DNA of 64,000 nt, taken from positions 5,270,001-5,334,000 of the forward strand of contig CM102286.1 of NCBI GenBank assembly GCA_046563655.1, given 5' to 3'. The stretch's first letter is position 1. Every line of letters begins with the position of its first letter. Of this stretch, positions 1 to 12,700 are shown piece by piece. The notes beneath the pieces were generated by a model. The model made no database searches. It saw only the letters and a program-made list of their open reading frames with translations, and was not told the DNA's origin. The translations under genes and the position numbers were made by a program. The DNA comes from Yuukianura sp. NJ FZ-2021. Lineage: Eukaryota.

Positions 1-214
1 CAGAAATCTCATTATACCCCATATTAAGTCAAATTCAGGTACTTTAAATCAGAAATCTCATTATACCCCATAATAAGTCAAATTCAGGTACTTTAAAACA
101 GAAATCTCATTATACCCCATAGTAAGTCAAATTCAGGTACTTTAAATCAGAAATCTCATTATGCCCCATATTAAGTCAAATTCAGGTACATTAAATCAGA
201 AATCTCATTATACT
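1..214. repeat. 49-bp tandem repeat array (about 4.3 copies visible, runs off the left window edge)
   Basis: Unit CAGAAATCTCATTATACCCCATATTAAGTCAAATTCAGGTACTTTAAAT restarts at 1, 50, 99, 148 and 197 with 1-3 substitutions per copy. Confidence 0.95.
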
Positions 215-766
215 CCCGTACGAAGACAAAGTCGCACAACACCCCACTAATATGACAGACAGACGGACAGACCGACAAAACGAACACAAGCATGATCAGT
301 TTACCTAACCTAACGATTCTTCTTTGTCAATCATGAAACCGAAATCCGGAAATCGCCGAAGAACATCATCATACCACCATTAAACTACTTTTCAATAACA
401 AAACGATCTTAAAATAATTCTGACCTCTTCAGTTGACCTTTCCTTTCAGTTTCTCCGTTCAGGTTACCCTGTTCCTTCTCCTTGACGGGAATTCAGTTGA
501 TTGTTCACGTTGTGTCAGGTGAGATGCAACTAATTAACTTTAATAAAACTGAAAACTATTCGTTATAATCAAAAATTAACTTAACTCGTTACAACAGATC
601 CAAAAGAGTAAACAGTTTTAGGCGGGATGTCAAACCAACGCGCAATTTCGAGCAGGGTTCGTCACTTTAGGACCCCAGTAGCAAAAGCTTACCACCCAAA
701 TCCCGCTAAATTTTTCGAACGCCCTGTAGAATCTTTCGGTGGCCGCAGGCCACCGAAGATTCTAGT
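1..766 (-). mobile_element. Non-autonomous Helentron/DINE-1-like (HINE) element inside an Arl2 intron, partial
   Basis: Read on the minus strand: terminal palindrome ACTAGAATCTTCGGTGGCCTGCGGCCACCGAAAGATTCTA (766-727), then a (GTCY)n microsatellite (plus strand GACAGACAGACGGACAGAC, ~254-272), then a central 49-bp tandem array. This order matches DINE-1/Helentron-associated elements. No transposase ORF. Confidence 0.55.
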
Positions 767-1146
767 CTATTTTATATTACAAAATCTCTAACACAGTCCT
801 CCTGTCCTCTGTGTGTGAGTGAAATGAGAGTTAACTCCTGGCTCTCTTATTCACTTTGTGTGAACAGCAGCAAAATATAAACAGTTAACTCTCACTCAAG
901 CACAGGAGGACAAGAAGCTATATGTCGTAGTGGTCTTCTAATTCACTCTCTTCATAATCTCTCTCCCAATAGCGAATCTACCCTCCGCTGCACGCATGAC
1001 AATTTTGTACAAACAACGGTTGAAATAAACTAAATATTGGATAACTGTACCCAACATTTGTTTTTATCCCGTCTTTTTGTAAATTTAACTATTGGGTAAT
1101 CGTTTTTTGTGCGATTAGTCAGTCAAACTGATACGTACGCAACAGT

Positions 1147-1186
1147 CTAGAATCTTTCGGTGGCCGTAGGCCACCGAAGATTCTAG
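1147..1186. repeat. 40-bp near-perfect palindrome, second copy of the 727-765 element terminus
   Basis: CTAGAATCTTTCGGTGGCC-GTA-GGCCACCGAAGATTCTAG. It differs from the 727-765 copy only in the loop base (GTA vs GCA). Confidence 0.9.
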
Positions 1187-1202
1187 TTGTATCACATCGT
1201 AC

Positions 1203-1737
1203 CTCCTCTGTCAGAAGTTTGTGGAGTTCGATTTTACAATCTTCCATTCTCATTTTGTCTGCACTATCAACGACCCAAACTAATCCATCGGTACTTTCAA
1301 AGTAATTCCGCCAGTAAGATCGCAAACTTTTTTGACCGCCAACGTCCCAAATGTTTAGTTGAAAACTGAAATGAAGTAAGTTAAGTAAGCGAGGATTAAA
1401 CTGTTAACATGTTAGATTTGATAATTTTGGAACAAAACTCACCCTTTGTGTTCCAAAGATTTAATGTTAAATCCTAAGGTTGGTGAAATATCGTAGATAT
1501 CTTCTCCGTTAAATTTTTTCCAGATTGTAGTTTTGCCAGCATTATCTAATCCGCTGAAAAAACGAAGAAATGTTGAGTCCGTATACCATAGTACAAGTTA
1601 CTTACAATGCAGTGTCAACAATTATACGGTCTGTTCGAAGTGCAAAGTACTAAAATATCAAAGAAAACTTACAGCATAAGGATCCGCACCTCCTTTTCTT
1701 TTTGCTTCAACTTTTTCAAAATTTTTAGCAACCCCAT
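1203..1737 (-). CDS. Arl2: ADP-ribosylation factor-like protein 2 (exons 1-3; the remaining exons lie left of the window)
   Basis: Exons 1737-1673, 1553-1443 and 1365-1203 with GT-AG introns splice to [113 protein letters not shown]. This contains the P-loop GLDNAGKT and the ARL2-typical [23 protein letters not shown]. Confidence 0.95.
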
Positions 1738-2332
1738 CGCGAATCGAAATCGTCTGAACGCCCGAAGCGATTGTTACGATAAGGCGGTGTACTAATAATG
1801 ATGCTAAGGAGCACCTAATTAACCGTAATTGAGAAAACGTCGCTTAATTAATTAGTGAAAACCCCACAGTGCTTAACGATGTTCGCTAAATTAGAGATTC
1901 ATGCTAAATTTATGCGAATGAATGAATCACCTGAGTTTGTTTACAAGTTCTCGGTTTGACGGATGGTTGATCAAACACTACGCACGCCCATTCCTTACGT
2001 AGGTGGGCGAAGCTTACCAAAAAAAACGGCAGCTAGAATGAAATATTAATTGGTGAAATTAACTAATTTGGTTTTTCTTTGGATCAATAATACAAACTTA
2101 TGTCAAAAAAAAATATTCGATTGATGATGCAATTGGAATTTAAAAATTCCTAATTAACCTCGGTCGCCCAGTTCGGTGTTGTTAAATCCCGCAAACTCAG
2201 CTGATGCGGAAGTGCTACTTTCTACAACTAAGCAAACGCACGTGAGTTTTTCATCGGATCACTTTTTTTAAAGTTTAAATTGAAAACGATCAACGTCAAC
2301 GCAACAACGGCTACTTACTAGCGACCTCCGAG

Positions 2333-3242
2333 ATGTCGTCAGACGTACAGACGTCACTACATGCAGCATCACCGGCTAAAATTGAATCCAACCAAGCGAA
2401 TACGAGGAATGGCGACATTGTTCCTCGGAGTTCGTTAGATTCGAAACAAGCAGCATCGGCCAACGAAGACAAAGGGCCGCTTGACTACTCGTGGATGGTA
2501 AAGCATAGCGAAATATAGAATCGTTCACAGTTATTCGACCTATCAAATAGAACCGTAAACACATTTTTAGCAACTTTAGTTATAGAACTTTTATTTTTTA
2601 CTTTGACAAAAGTTGCCTCCTCTTGGCAGACGCACGCACACACTAAGTAATGCCAAGTTAGTATTGTACCAAATCTAGATTTAAAAAATCCTCTCTTCAA
2701 AAATGAAAACGAATTCCGTGCTAGTTAATGGTTCTTTTGTGAAAAATACAGGTGAAACCGTGCGAAAGGTACAAGTGGGAATACAAAGACTGCAAGAGCT
2801 TCGCTGATAGATTTCATCAATACTGGGTAGAAGGGAAGCTGAGAGACTGTGAGCAATGGAAACAAGATCATGACAACTGCATCGCTTGGGAACAAATTAA
2901 GGATATCGAAGCACTCGTAATAAGTTGAATTTGGCAGAATTAAGTATATACCAACATAGGTAGCAACAACGACAAAGACTAATAGATATTTTTTTTTGTT
3001 CCAAGTCGAGAGTAATTGACAGTGAAAAGGCCAGAACTCGAAAACGACTGAAGGCTCACTACGCAAACGATTGCTGGAAAGATCGTGATAAGCCACCCGC
3101 AGATTGGGCTAAAGAACTTCCTGACCACATTAAACAGGACTACGAGGGCTCATTTCTGCAGATGAAGGCTAATGAAATTAAGGATGGTACTCTCTCCGAA
3201 ACCGAATACGTATATTCTGGTTCCCGGTGTAGCATCGTTTGA
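2333..3242 (+). CDS. UPF0545 / C22orf39 (PANTS) homolog, about 188 aa, 3 exons
   Basis: Exons 2333-2497, 2752-2916 and 3006-3242, all phase 0, give ...WMVKPCERYKWEYKDCKSFADRFHQYWVEGKLRDCEQWKQDHDNCIAWEQ...SEKAR...W...PPADWAKELP...CSIV*. The PCxxY-C-HxYxxxG-C-QW-D-C pattern and PPxDW match the family as I remember it. Confidence 0.85.
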
Positions 3243-4340
3243 AGTTTTATAAACGTTTCGCTACGTCAGTGGCAGCGCAGGTCAAAGATTTTTGATGCGA
3301 GGGTCTTACAGATATTTGCTTAAAAACAGTTTCAGTTTAACATCATTAGCCCCCTTTGAAACCAAATAAGCCAGAATGTGACAAAGTGACTGCCGCGAAA
3401 CGTTTTTCAACACTAAAAATTGGAGAACAAACCGTTTAGTCTTCATCATTATAATACTAATTTTAATTGAGTTTAATTTAATGGCATTACTTTTAGTAGC
3501 GAGCGCAATACAGAATAAAGAACTCGCTTTCTTGTTAATCACAGTCGGATGCAGTTGACTTGTACTATGCAGTTGACTGATTGACGAATACAGCGACAAG
3601 ATCATCCCGTTGAAACGATTAATAATTATTAATTACATAATTGTTAATTTGCGTTTAACTAAAAGTATTTTTCAATCTACTATGGCATGGCTTTGGCATT
3701 CGGTGGTACGCGGTGGTTCAATGGTTGGGGGAAAGTGGCTGGTGTTTCACAACGAGATCGACATACATGATGCGGGTTTTTAGTTTTTACGGAAGACGCG
3801 GGAAGGGGAGATAAAATTAAACTACAATTTTGTTTTTGTTTTGTTTTGTTTTTTTTTTACATTTTCTTTTCGTCTGTGTTTCTATTTCTAACGAGCTGAT
3901 TTCATCTAAATCTGAATAAAATCATCAATTCAGTTTACGATTTTAGAATTACCAATCAATTCATCGTTCATCGACGACGGCTGACTCTACATACTCGTAC
4001 TCTCACTGTCTCACTGCATCAATTTCGGTAAGGGTTCGTCCGGAGCTACGATTTCAGCTTCGGAGTTCGGAGAATGTAAGTTAAAGCTATTTTCATTCTA
4101 TTTACGCCATTTGGTAACTTTAAGTGTTTTCCTTCCGCGGTGGGGTATTTTTTCAAGGGATAAACTGGGATGGGATGTAGTTGAACATTTATAGAGCAAT
4201 AATTGACCGGACGATCGATGGATACTGACTTAGATTCGATTCGCTGTAACTGTAATACACTGACTAGAAAACATCGAATCTTTATGAAATCATCTTTCGT
4301 TCATTTCTTTTTAAGTCCTTGATTCTCGAAGACTTCTGCC

Positions 4341-6361
4341 ATGTCCGATTCTTCCGACGACGGAGGTACCATCGTTCCTTCTGTGCTTGACCAGTGTTCA
4401 TTGTCAACAAGTGCACAAACGATAGGTACGAGTGATACTGTGAAAGAACATGGGTCAGCGGCATCTTCCATCACGCTTGACCCTGGGCCATCCTCAGTTG
4501 CTCCTTTCGGTTAGCAATTGAATTAGACATTGCATTGCCTTCGTCTTTTCGATAGGAAACAGAGGACTCATGTAAAATATTGTTAATTTTTCAGAGGCGT
4601 TTTCCAAACTACTTTGTGCGTTTTCCTTTGATGAGGCAAAATCTTTGGCGGAAAAACAGAGTGCTCAGAAAAACGTTGATTCGTTGTACGCGTCATTTTT
4701 CCATATCGCGGCGAGTATCACGACTACAGAGAAACAGTACATGAATCTCTCGTTCTTGGCACCTAAAGGCTTTCTAAGGAAGGAAGTATGTGCTCAATTT
4801 AAAGTTTCCGTAGTTGAATGTTGAATTCATAGAAGTTATTCACATATTATGCAATTGTTTGCTTTAGAGCAACTTACGAAACTCATTGGAACATTTGAAA
4901 ACCGATCTCCAGAAATTTACTGGAACTGAATTGGAAATTTATGCTGCGGAACTTATCTTTTTCACCTCCACTCGAATGGACCAAATGGAATTGTAAGGGA
5001 ACCATTGCAAATATGGCGTTCCAACAAATAATGTTCCTACTTTATTCACCAGTTATGAGAAGCTCTCACTCTTGGGGTCTGCCAAAAACGTTGAAATTGA
5101 AGATTTGATATCCGATTATGAAATAATTACTGAAAAGTTCAAGAATAGAACGATAGCTGTGTCTGGAACTCGGTTGGGATTCGCGCAGATTTTTACTTCC
5201 ATCGGGTTCGTGTGGATCAATCCTTATTTCCAAATTTTTAATTTTGTTCTAATAGGGACTTTGTTTTTGATTTAGTTGGGAAATTGAATCTTTGGTCTTT
5301 CTGTTGAAGTCGCATTCGTCGATGCAAAGTTGGGATTTCTTTAACTCTGTGATCTTTAGTCAAGAAGCCCAGAAACGATTAAGTGCATGGGCGGAATTTC
5401 TGCAGCAATTTCAGGTTTAGAATGCCTTGTTTCGATATTTTACTTCCACATCATGAGGTTCTAAATGTTAGATTTTGAAATGTTTCTTTACACAGAATTC
5501 AAAGAAATCATCTTTCTTGACTTCAGGATTTGTTAATCCTGCTTTATACACTTGGCTGGTCAAGTTAAGGTCGACTCTACTTTCCAAATTTTCCCTCTAC
5601 TTTTATGAAATTTTGGCGCAATATACAAATCCGGTGTTCGATGTCAAAGTCGTTGCGACCAAGTTGCAAACGGATTACTACAACAAGTAAGACCACGTTG
5701 ATGACATTCAAACTGGGAATGGATAGATGACACTTTTGTTTTTGTTGATTTTGTCGTCAGGATTAGCACGTTTGTAAAGAAGTCGGATGCTCTAGCGGTG
5801 TGCTTGATTTTTGACGCAAGAGAGACACCGTTCCATCCGAACGGTTATTCTTTTCCGGCTAGACATGAAGAATCTCTCACAGGTCTTAGTTCGTTCCCGG
5901 CCGTTCTAGCGGTGCCTCACGTCAGTTTAATTGTGACTAAGAAAATATTTAGTACCTTTTGAACATCAATCGAAAACTGCTGAATTGATTTCATTTGTTG
6001 GTTTAGAAGCCCGCCACACACTGGCCCAGTGTCGTAATGTTGCTCAATAGTAAAAACTTCCAGGAGCTGAATAACGACAGGCTAATTGCATTTTTTGATA
6101 CCCGCGTGAGTTTGGGACTTCAACTGCTGAAGTTTATGTTCTTCCGTATATGAATTTACATCCTAAACGTTTTTCTTTAAAATTCTTTAGGCGCAAGTCT
6201 CATATTTTCTGCTGAAAGTTGATGTGCTGATGTACTTGCTTGCTATATACGAAACCAGGAAATCCGAGAAGGATAGTCAAATCACGAAATTCATGCTCGA
6301 AATGTCCGCGGATTTAAAATGTTTAAAGATTTTCACGTCTTTGAAGACAATTGCAAAATGA
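4341..6361 (+). CDS. KICS2: KICSTOR subunit 2 (C12orf66 / DUF2003 homolog), about 9 exons
   Basis: Short-intron gene, approximate exons 4341-4509, 4595-4785, 4868-4992, 5053-5205, 5276-5415, 5496-5686, 5762-5920, 6007-6105, 6191-6361. Motifs FSFDEAK, EKQYMNLSFL, LIFFTSTRMDQMEFYEK, LLSKFSLYFYEIL, HWPSVVMLL and a C-terminal KIFTSLK resemble C12orf66. Confidence 0.88.
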
Positions 6362-6683
6362 AAACAGAAAATATTTTTGTGTTTGTAAAAAAAAAAAACT
6401 AAAGCCTGTCAGCGAAACGATTTGAAAAAATAAATGAGAATTTTAAGCTGCTCTCTTCTTGTCAGAATTTGGGTATACTAAACACCAATTTTGAAGTTGT
6501 TATTTAAGCAAAAGCTACTTCATCTATCTATCTTGTGTGTCTGTCTGGGCACTTTCCGTCCGGACGTCAGCCGCAATTACTATCTGGGAATCTACTCCTG
6601 TCGTACACTCCGGTTTACTGTCAGTTTATTTCAACATTGAATATTTAAATTTTTATTCCAGACACCATCAAAATAGGGATTCG

Positions 6684-8857
6684 ATGGACATCGACGACGC
6701 GTATTTGAATTCGTTGGCTGATTTCTCTCCCCTGCCACCTCCAGGCTTTGCAGCTTTGGGAGAAGTAAACGGACAATTCGAGATTGTGGAATTGGGCAAC
6801 CCAAAACATGCCGGCACGGCATACGAATCTGTTTTTGAACGATATATAGAGGACCACATCCCTGTATCCAATGAAACAAAGGATTCAACAACACAGGGAA
6901 CTAAAATTCCGTCGTTAATCAAGACTTCCAACAAAGATTCATTTATGATCGACTCAGACATCAACGGATTCAAGGGGATATGGACTGCATGGTTAGTTTT
7001 GCAAGCGACAATGAACTACTGCATGAATACGACTTATAATTTCTGGAATTTCGCTTTGTTACAGGATGGAAGGAAGTTTGGACACGCTTGAGGCCATTGA
7101 GAAGTGCGGGATTCCAAGAACTGTTATTTCGGCTATTCGGGAATTAGTCAATGCGACGATTAAAATCCGGAACTCGAAACGCGCAGCCAAGACTCTGCTA
7201 TTTCCTCACTTGAAGGTTGGAACAGTTTTTAGCAACAAAAATTATTTTTCAATGTAATTGTTGGAAATGCAATATTTGCTCATTGTCGAGTATTATTGTT
7301 TTACTTTCATGCTTTTAGTTGTCAAGCGAGGAGATGATCAATACATACGCAGTAGTTCGTGACTGGCCAACTTCTTGGGTAAGGGCGATGAGTTGGCACC
7401 CTCGCTTACCAAGACTTGCTTTGGCACTCCATGATGACTCTGTCAAGGTCTTCGTCCACCAACAACCGCCAATTGTGTTGCCAGTGTTGAAAGCTCCAGA
7501 ACAAAAAGGCGTATCTTGCATCGCATGGCAGTAAGTATACTTATCATACCGTGCCAAGAGAGTATGTTGAGGTGTATGTCTAACTTTTGTTTATCACTGC
7601 AGTCCATTTGTGATTGAATTTGCACTTGGCGTGCAAGAAGGCTTTGTGCTGTGGACTTTTCATCCTCCGATTAAAAATGCTCATCCAATCAGTACTTTCA
7701 CTACTACAATGGAATTGGGACATGCACCAGTGACTTCCGTGTCATACTCTAGAAATGTACGGTATACGTTTATACTTATTGCAGAACAAAAATCTAAATG
7801 GTTCTTTGATCCCAGGGTGAAAAATTCCTCACTTCTTCTCCCGCTGACACCAGCATTTTTATCTGGGGCCTTAGTACTGGAACAAAGGTTCCACTTTATC
7901 GTTTGTCGTCTGGCGGAGTACCGCGGGCTGCTTTCTCGCCTAATCCAGTTACAGAGATATTCTCCAATACACCGTCAAGAGATTTTAGGTAACGATTTGT
8001 ATTTAAAAATATTTAAAACTTAAAACATTTTGAAATGCAACTTTAGTCTATGCTATTTTTTAGATTATGGGAATACGACGACTCCGTTGTGAAACCCAAG
8101 AGTTGGAGGACTGCAAAATCCCCAGTTGAGGCGTTCGCTTGGCATCCTTCTGGGCAGCATCTGTTCTTCGTAAGCGATTCGCTTCTCTTCCGGCTTACTA
8201 TGAGTTTCACTGGAGATCATGTGATTGACCCTGTGTTTGACCTCGGTGAAATCAACATTCCTCAACAACTTACCAGCACAACTATGAGGTATTTAACATT
8301 CTCAAGAAACTTATGTCAAAGGCATGTCAACGCATGTAAGATATTTTATTGTATAGGGTTGGAGGAAAAGTCGTCCAAATCGAATGGGATCCCACTGGAA
8401 AACGCTTAGTTATTCTGTTTGCTAACTCGTCTTGCATCCCGGTCCTCCGTCTCCTCCCGGGGAAGAGGGCCTACATGGTGCCGTGCGGCTTCATCTCTGG
8501 CGAAAACGCCAACGAGTATCCGGTTGCCATTGCCTTCCAGAAAGATTTTGAACATGGAGCATTGCTAACGATTGTAAGTATTCCATAAGTTGAGATTCCG
8601 GTTCATCTTTTTTTTAAACCGAATTTTTAATGGTAATTCTTCTGAAATTCCAGGCTTGGTCAAGTGAGCGGCTCCAGTACTTTCCATTTTTGTTTACACC
8701 GGTAGTTGTGCCGGATATTCAGACCTCATCTCTAAATCCACAGTGTCGCATTTATTCAAATCTGAGAGAAATGGAGGAACACGGTGAAGAATACATTGAG
8801 AAATCATCTGCAGGTCAAGCTGCCGGGGACACTTTCAGAGTATTTTCGGACAAATAA
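6684..8857 (+). CDS. AAAS: Aladin, WD40 nucleoporin (AAAS homolog), about 8 exons
   Basis: N-terminal SLADFSPLPPPG; W-x-x-S-W-V-R-AMSWHPRLPRLALALHDDSVKVF; VSCIAW; GHAPVTSV; GGKVVQIEWDPTGKRLVILF; PCGFISGE; FQKDFEHGALLTIAWSSERLQYFPFLF. These follow the Aladin layout, and GT-AG introns join the plus-strand ORF fragments 6537-8857. Confidence 0.92.
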
Positions 8858-9740
8858 TTTATCAGTTTCACTTCTCTACAACTGCCGCCTGCGAATGCCC
8901 TGGTTTGACTTATTTATATTAATAAAATATAAAATATTTCAGGAGTAAAAATATTGTGACTTTTTAATCCTTATTTTTTAGTAAAGATGCATTTTGATAA
9001 TTAAATCCATGTTCCCAATGTCAATAAGGGCAAAATGACAAAATAAAAGCCTGCTAAATTCAGTTCACTTGGCTTGGAATTTGTTAACTTCTGGTTCATC
9101 TCTGCGCCACGTTTGATAGAATCCAAGAATCCAACCGCTTCTTGAATTGCTTAAGGTTTGTAATCTATGAGAACAAATTTTCCAGCAGATGTTTCTCAAC
9201 GCGCGTATTTGACAAGCACCGAGTACTCCTCTCTTGTTCCGGGTTTTAACTTTTAAGATGAGTCAGATTTTTTCAAAGCGATTTTGATCACCCAGATTCA
9301 GCGATATCTCGCTTTGGTTCCAGGAAGTTTTGTGTGGGTGAGGATTGAGGAAGAGCATCATTCGATACATCCAAGATTTTAGATGAGATACGCGAACCTG
9401 GCCAAGTTGAAGACATGTAAATAAGAGATGGAAGGAAATTGACCCATTATCTTCATACAGGTACTAAGTGCATTTCTGTTTTGATTTTGTATTGGCGTTC
9501 GTTTAGTACCACGTCGAAATGACGAACGACTATGTGTTTTCATTTCAGTTTCGAGTTTGGATAATCACTATTTATGTATTTATTCATTTGCCCTGATAAA
9601 GTACAGGATCAACACAAGATTGGGTAATCTGTCACTTCAGAAGAGCGTAAAAGGAACGAAAGTACTGGACTGCTGGATGTATCATCCAAAGCTCAGGTCG
9701 AATTTATTTTAGACATTGACGGGACGGACACATCGGGATA

Positions 9741-12700
9741 ATGGAAAACGCCTTAACCGGTGCCTATACTAAAAATTGGATTAGGATCTTTGAGGTTGGA
9801 GATCCGCAGAGACACAAGAAAGGTTTTACAGTTTATAAAGTTACATCCAAGGTAAGCATTAAGCAACCCTCATACTTGAACGAACTGAATAAGAATGTCA
9901 TTATAAATAATTTCATGTTTGTGATCATTGATCAATCTGTAGGTATTTCCGAAAGGTGATCCTGGAGGGCTTACCGTTTTGACAGTTTGGAAAAGATACA
10001 ACGACTTCAAAAAGTTACACGTTGAGCTTGAAAAAATTCATCGGCAGTTGTATCTTCGAGGAAAGTTTCCTGAATTTCCCAAGAAAACTCCATTTCATAG
10101 ATTCGAATACGAAGTCATTGAGGAAAGGATGAAGGCAGCTACGTCGCTCTTGCAATTCGCTGGAAATCATGTTCAATTGTTTACTGCCAGAATATTCAAT
10201 ACATTTTTCGAAGTATGAAGTGTTACCGATTATTGAGACGAATTAACGATTTAATTGATAACTTTGTTTCACTCCGTATTTGCAGGAGGGATATGATCCT
10301 ACCGATCTTGTCCACTACACGTATAGCAACGGTGAAACGGAAACAAAAGAAGACAAAGAACAGCAACAATTGCCGGAGTGTCTTGCCCCAGAAATGTAAT
10401 TTTCTTAATAATTCAATACAACTCGCAATTCTCGAAAATAACAATTCGAAATCTACTTGTTTCTCCTCCGCAGTGTCTGGAGAGCTCCTGATAGTAACCG
10501 TCATGAAGATGATTTATCGGTGGTATCAATTGGAAGTGACGACATTGTGTCGACCAGTTCTGATTCGTTGCTCAGTGGAAGCATTCTCGGTTCAGTTGGC
10601 GCTAGCAGATCACCACCGTGTCTTACGCCTACGAGCCGGGTCGAGGTTCCAAAAAGTCAATCCCATATCATCATGCCAACGTTCTTGGCTACAGAGCACA
10701 GGTTAGGACATACAGAGTTAACATATTCAAAGTGGGCAGGCAAATGGTACTAATTCCAAAACTTTTACGTCTAGTAACTCAAGCGTGCGGAATTCAGAAG
10801 ATGACACCGAATTTAAAAGCGAAGTGCCCGATTCTGCAGTAACTGGAGTTAATGCGACAACAATCCTAACAACAGACCCTGACCACGATGTCTCGGTAGT
10901 GTTTAAGGCTGGCGGAAGTAGTAGCCCCGGTTTGCTTCCTAACTTTCCAAATCGTCGAAAGGAGGGAAAAGATTCAGACGACAAACTATTATCTGAAGCA
11001 CTTACCTCCTCGTACATTTGTGAAGCCGCTGGCCACTTTGCTGTGGCTCAGGACAATGAATCCAACGGAAACTTTCAGGATGCATTTACATCATACAAAG
11101 AAGGAATACGAGTTCTGCTTGACGGGGCAAAAAGTAGGCGTATGATAAGGCGTTTCGTTTTCCTGTTTTCATTTTTCGTTTGTCGTAGGTGACTCTGATG
11201 AGAAGCGGAAGGGTTTGGTCAAAAAGAAACTGGAGAAGTATTTGTCACTAGCTGAGAATGCACATGGGCTAATCAGCTCTCCTAAACGCAAAGCCTTTGA
11301 CGTAACTCGAAGTCCACTCCGACTTTTCAATCCTACCAATAATGTGCGCATTACATCACTATTTTAACCTGCTCTAACGATGATGCTGATTTTTTGATGA
11401 CTTTGTTTTTGCAGTTGTCTAATCTTTCACCGGAAACGGGAGTACCTTCATTCTCGCTAGACGATTTGAAACAATACAAGATCGTTAGAATCATTGACGG
11501 TAAAGTTTACCTCGTTATTAACTTAACCCAATCTACGGAGCCTCGTTGCTTTGTATTGAAGGTAATCCAGTTCTACTCGATCACTTCGACACATACCGTT
11601 CCAATAATATCAACACTCAGCAGCCTTACTGATTTGATTCATCCACAGGTTTTGCCGTTTTCAATGAATCCAGTTGAGCCGGAAAAACAGTTACGACTAC
11701 CCGAAAATGTCCCTTTCATGGCAAAGCTATACAAATGGTTTGAACTTGATTCAGCATACATAATTTTAGTTCAGTATTCCGCTGGAGGTAAACTGATTGA
11801 TTATATCAAGTCGTACCAACAAAGGCCAGTTACAATGCAAGACGAAATCAGTAGCGAACACGACGAAGTTACGCATGCAACTTCTGATAGACCGTTTCTG
11901 GAACACAAAATTCCTGATTTAGACTCCGGTGTACAATCATCCTCTTCTTGTGACGAGCAATCTGGTAAGTCATAACTTTAGAATTGTTTTTTGTACTATT
12001 AATAAAGAACACGGTTAAGTTGAGCCTACTTTGTTTAGATCTTCGAGGTGGAGATGATGATGGATCATTTCGAAAATCAACATGCATTTACGAAAATCAG
12101 ATTCCGGAAGCAACGAAGACCCCCACCAATGTTTTAAAGCTTAATTCTCAAAACCGCAAATGCGTGGACGAAACACATGACAATATTTGGCACCGCGGAG
12201 AACTACGTCCTAAAAAGTCCGAGGACGAGGCCCATACCTCAACAGGTTTTGCATTTGCAGCGCAAATCCCGATGGAAAAAGAAAATTGTGCATTCGGGCG
12301 GAAACCAAGCATCGATGATCTCATCGAATCTTCGAAAGGGCTCCTGGCTAAGGTGAACACAACTCTGGCGAAAGGAAAGCCCCACATGTCCTTAGCTGGC
12401 GAATTCTTATCAAAAAGTCTGGAAGACATTTGTCTGCACACAGTCTCTCCGAATTCCTTCGTAGCTGAACCAGCTATGAATGATTCCAAACCTCTAGAGA
12501 AAATCTGCAACACTACAAATGTGACGGCTGGAATCGCAACGCCTTCAGCCATTGACAGTGAAACAGATGAAGAACAACCTATCCTTCGTTCCGTTCCAGA
12601 GGGATGCATCAAAGGATGGGCTGCTGAAATGATCATTTGTTTAGAAAAGTTTCACTCGCTCGGACTGGTCTACATGTAAGAGTTGATTTTAAAATTGTCG

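Noticed and set aside
1..214. CRISPR-like array
   Set aside because: Units are contiguous tandem copies with no unique spacers, there are no cas genes, and the context is a eukaryotic intron.
2725..3096. 123-aa minus-strand ORF, and similar antisense ORFs at 6631-6973, 12148-12636 and 13859-14146
   Set aside because: Antisense shadows of supported plus-strand coding exons.
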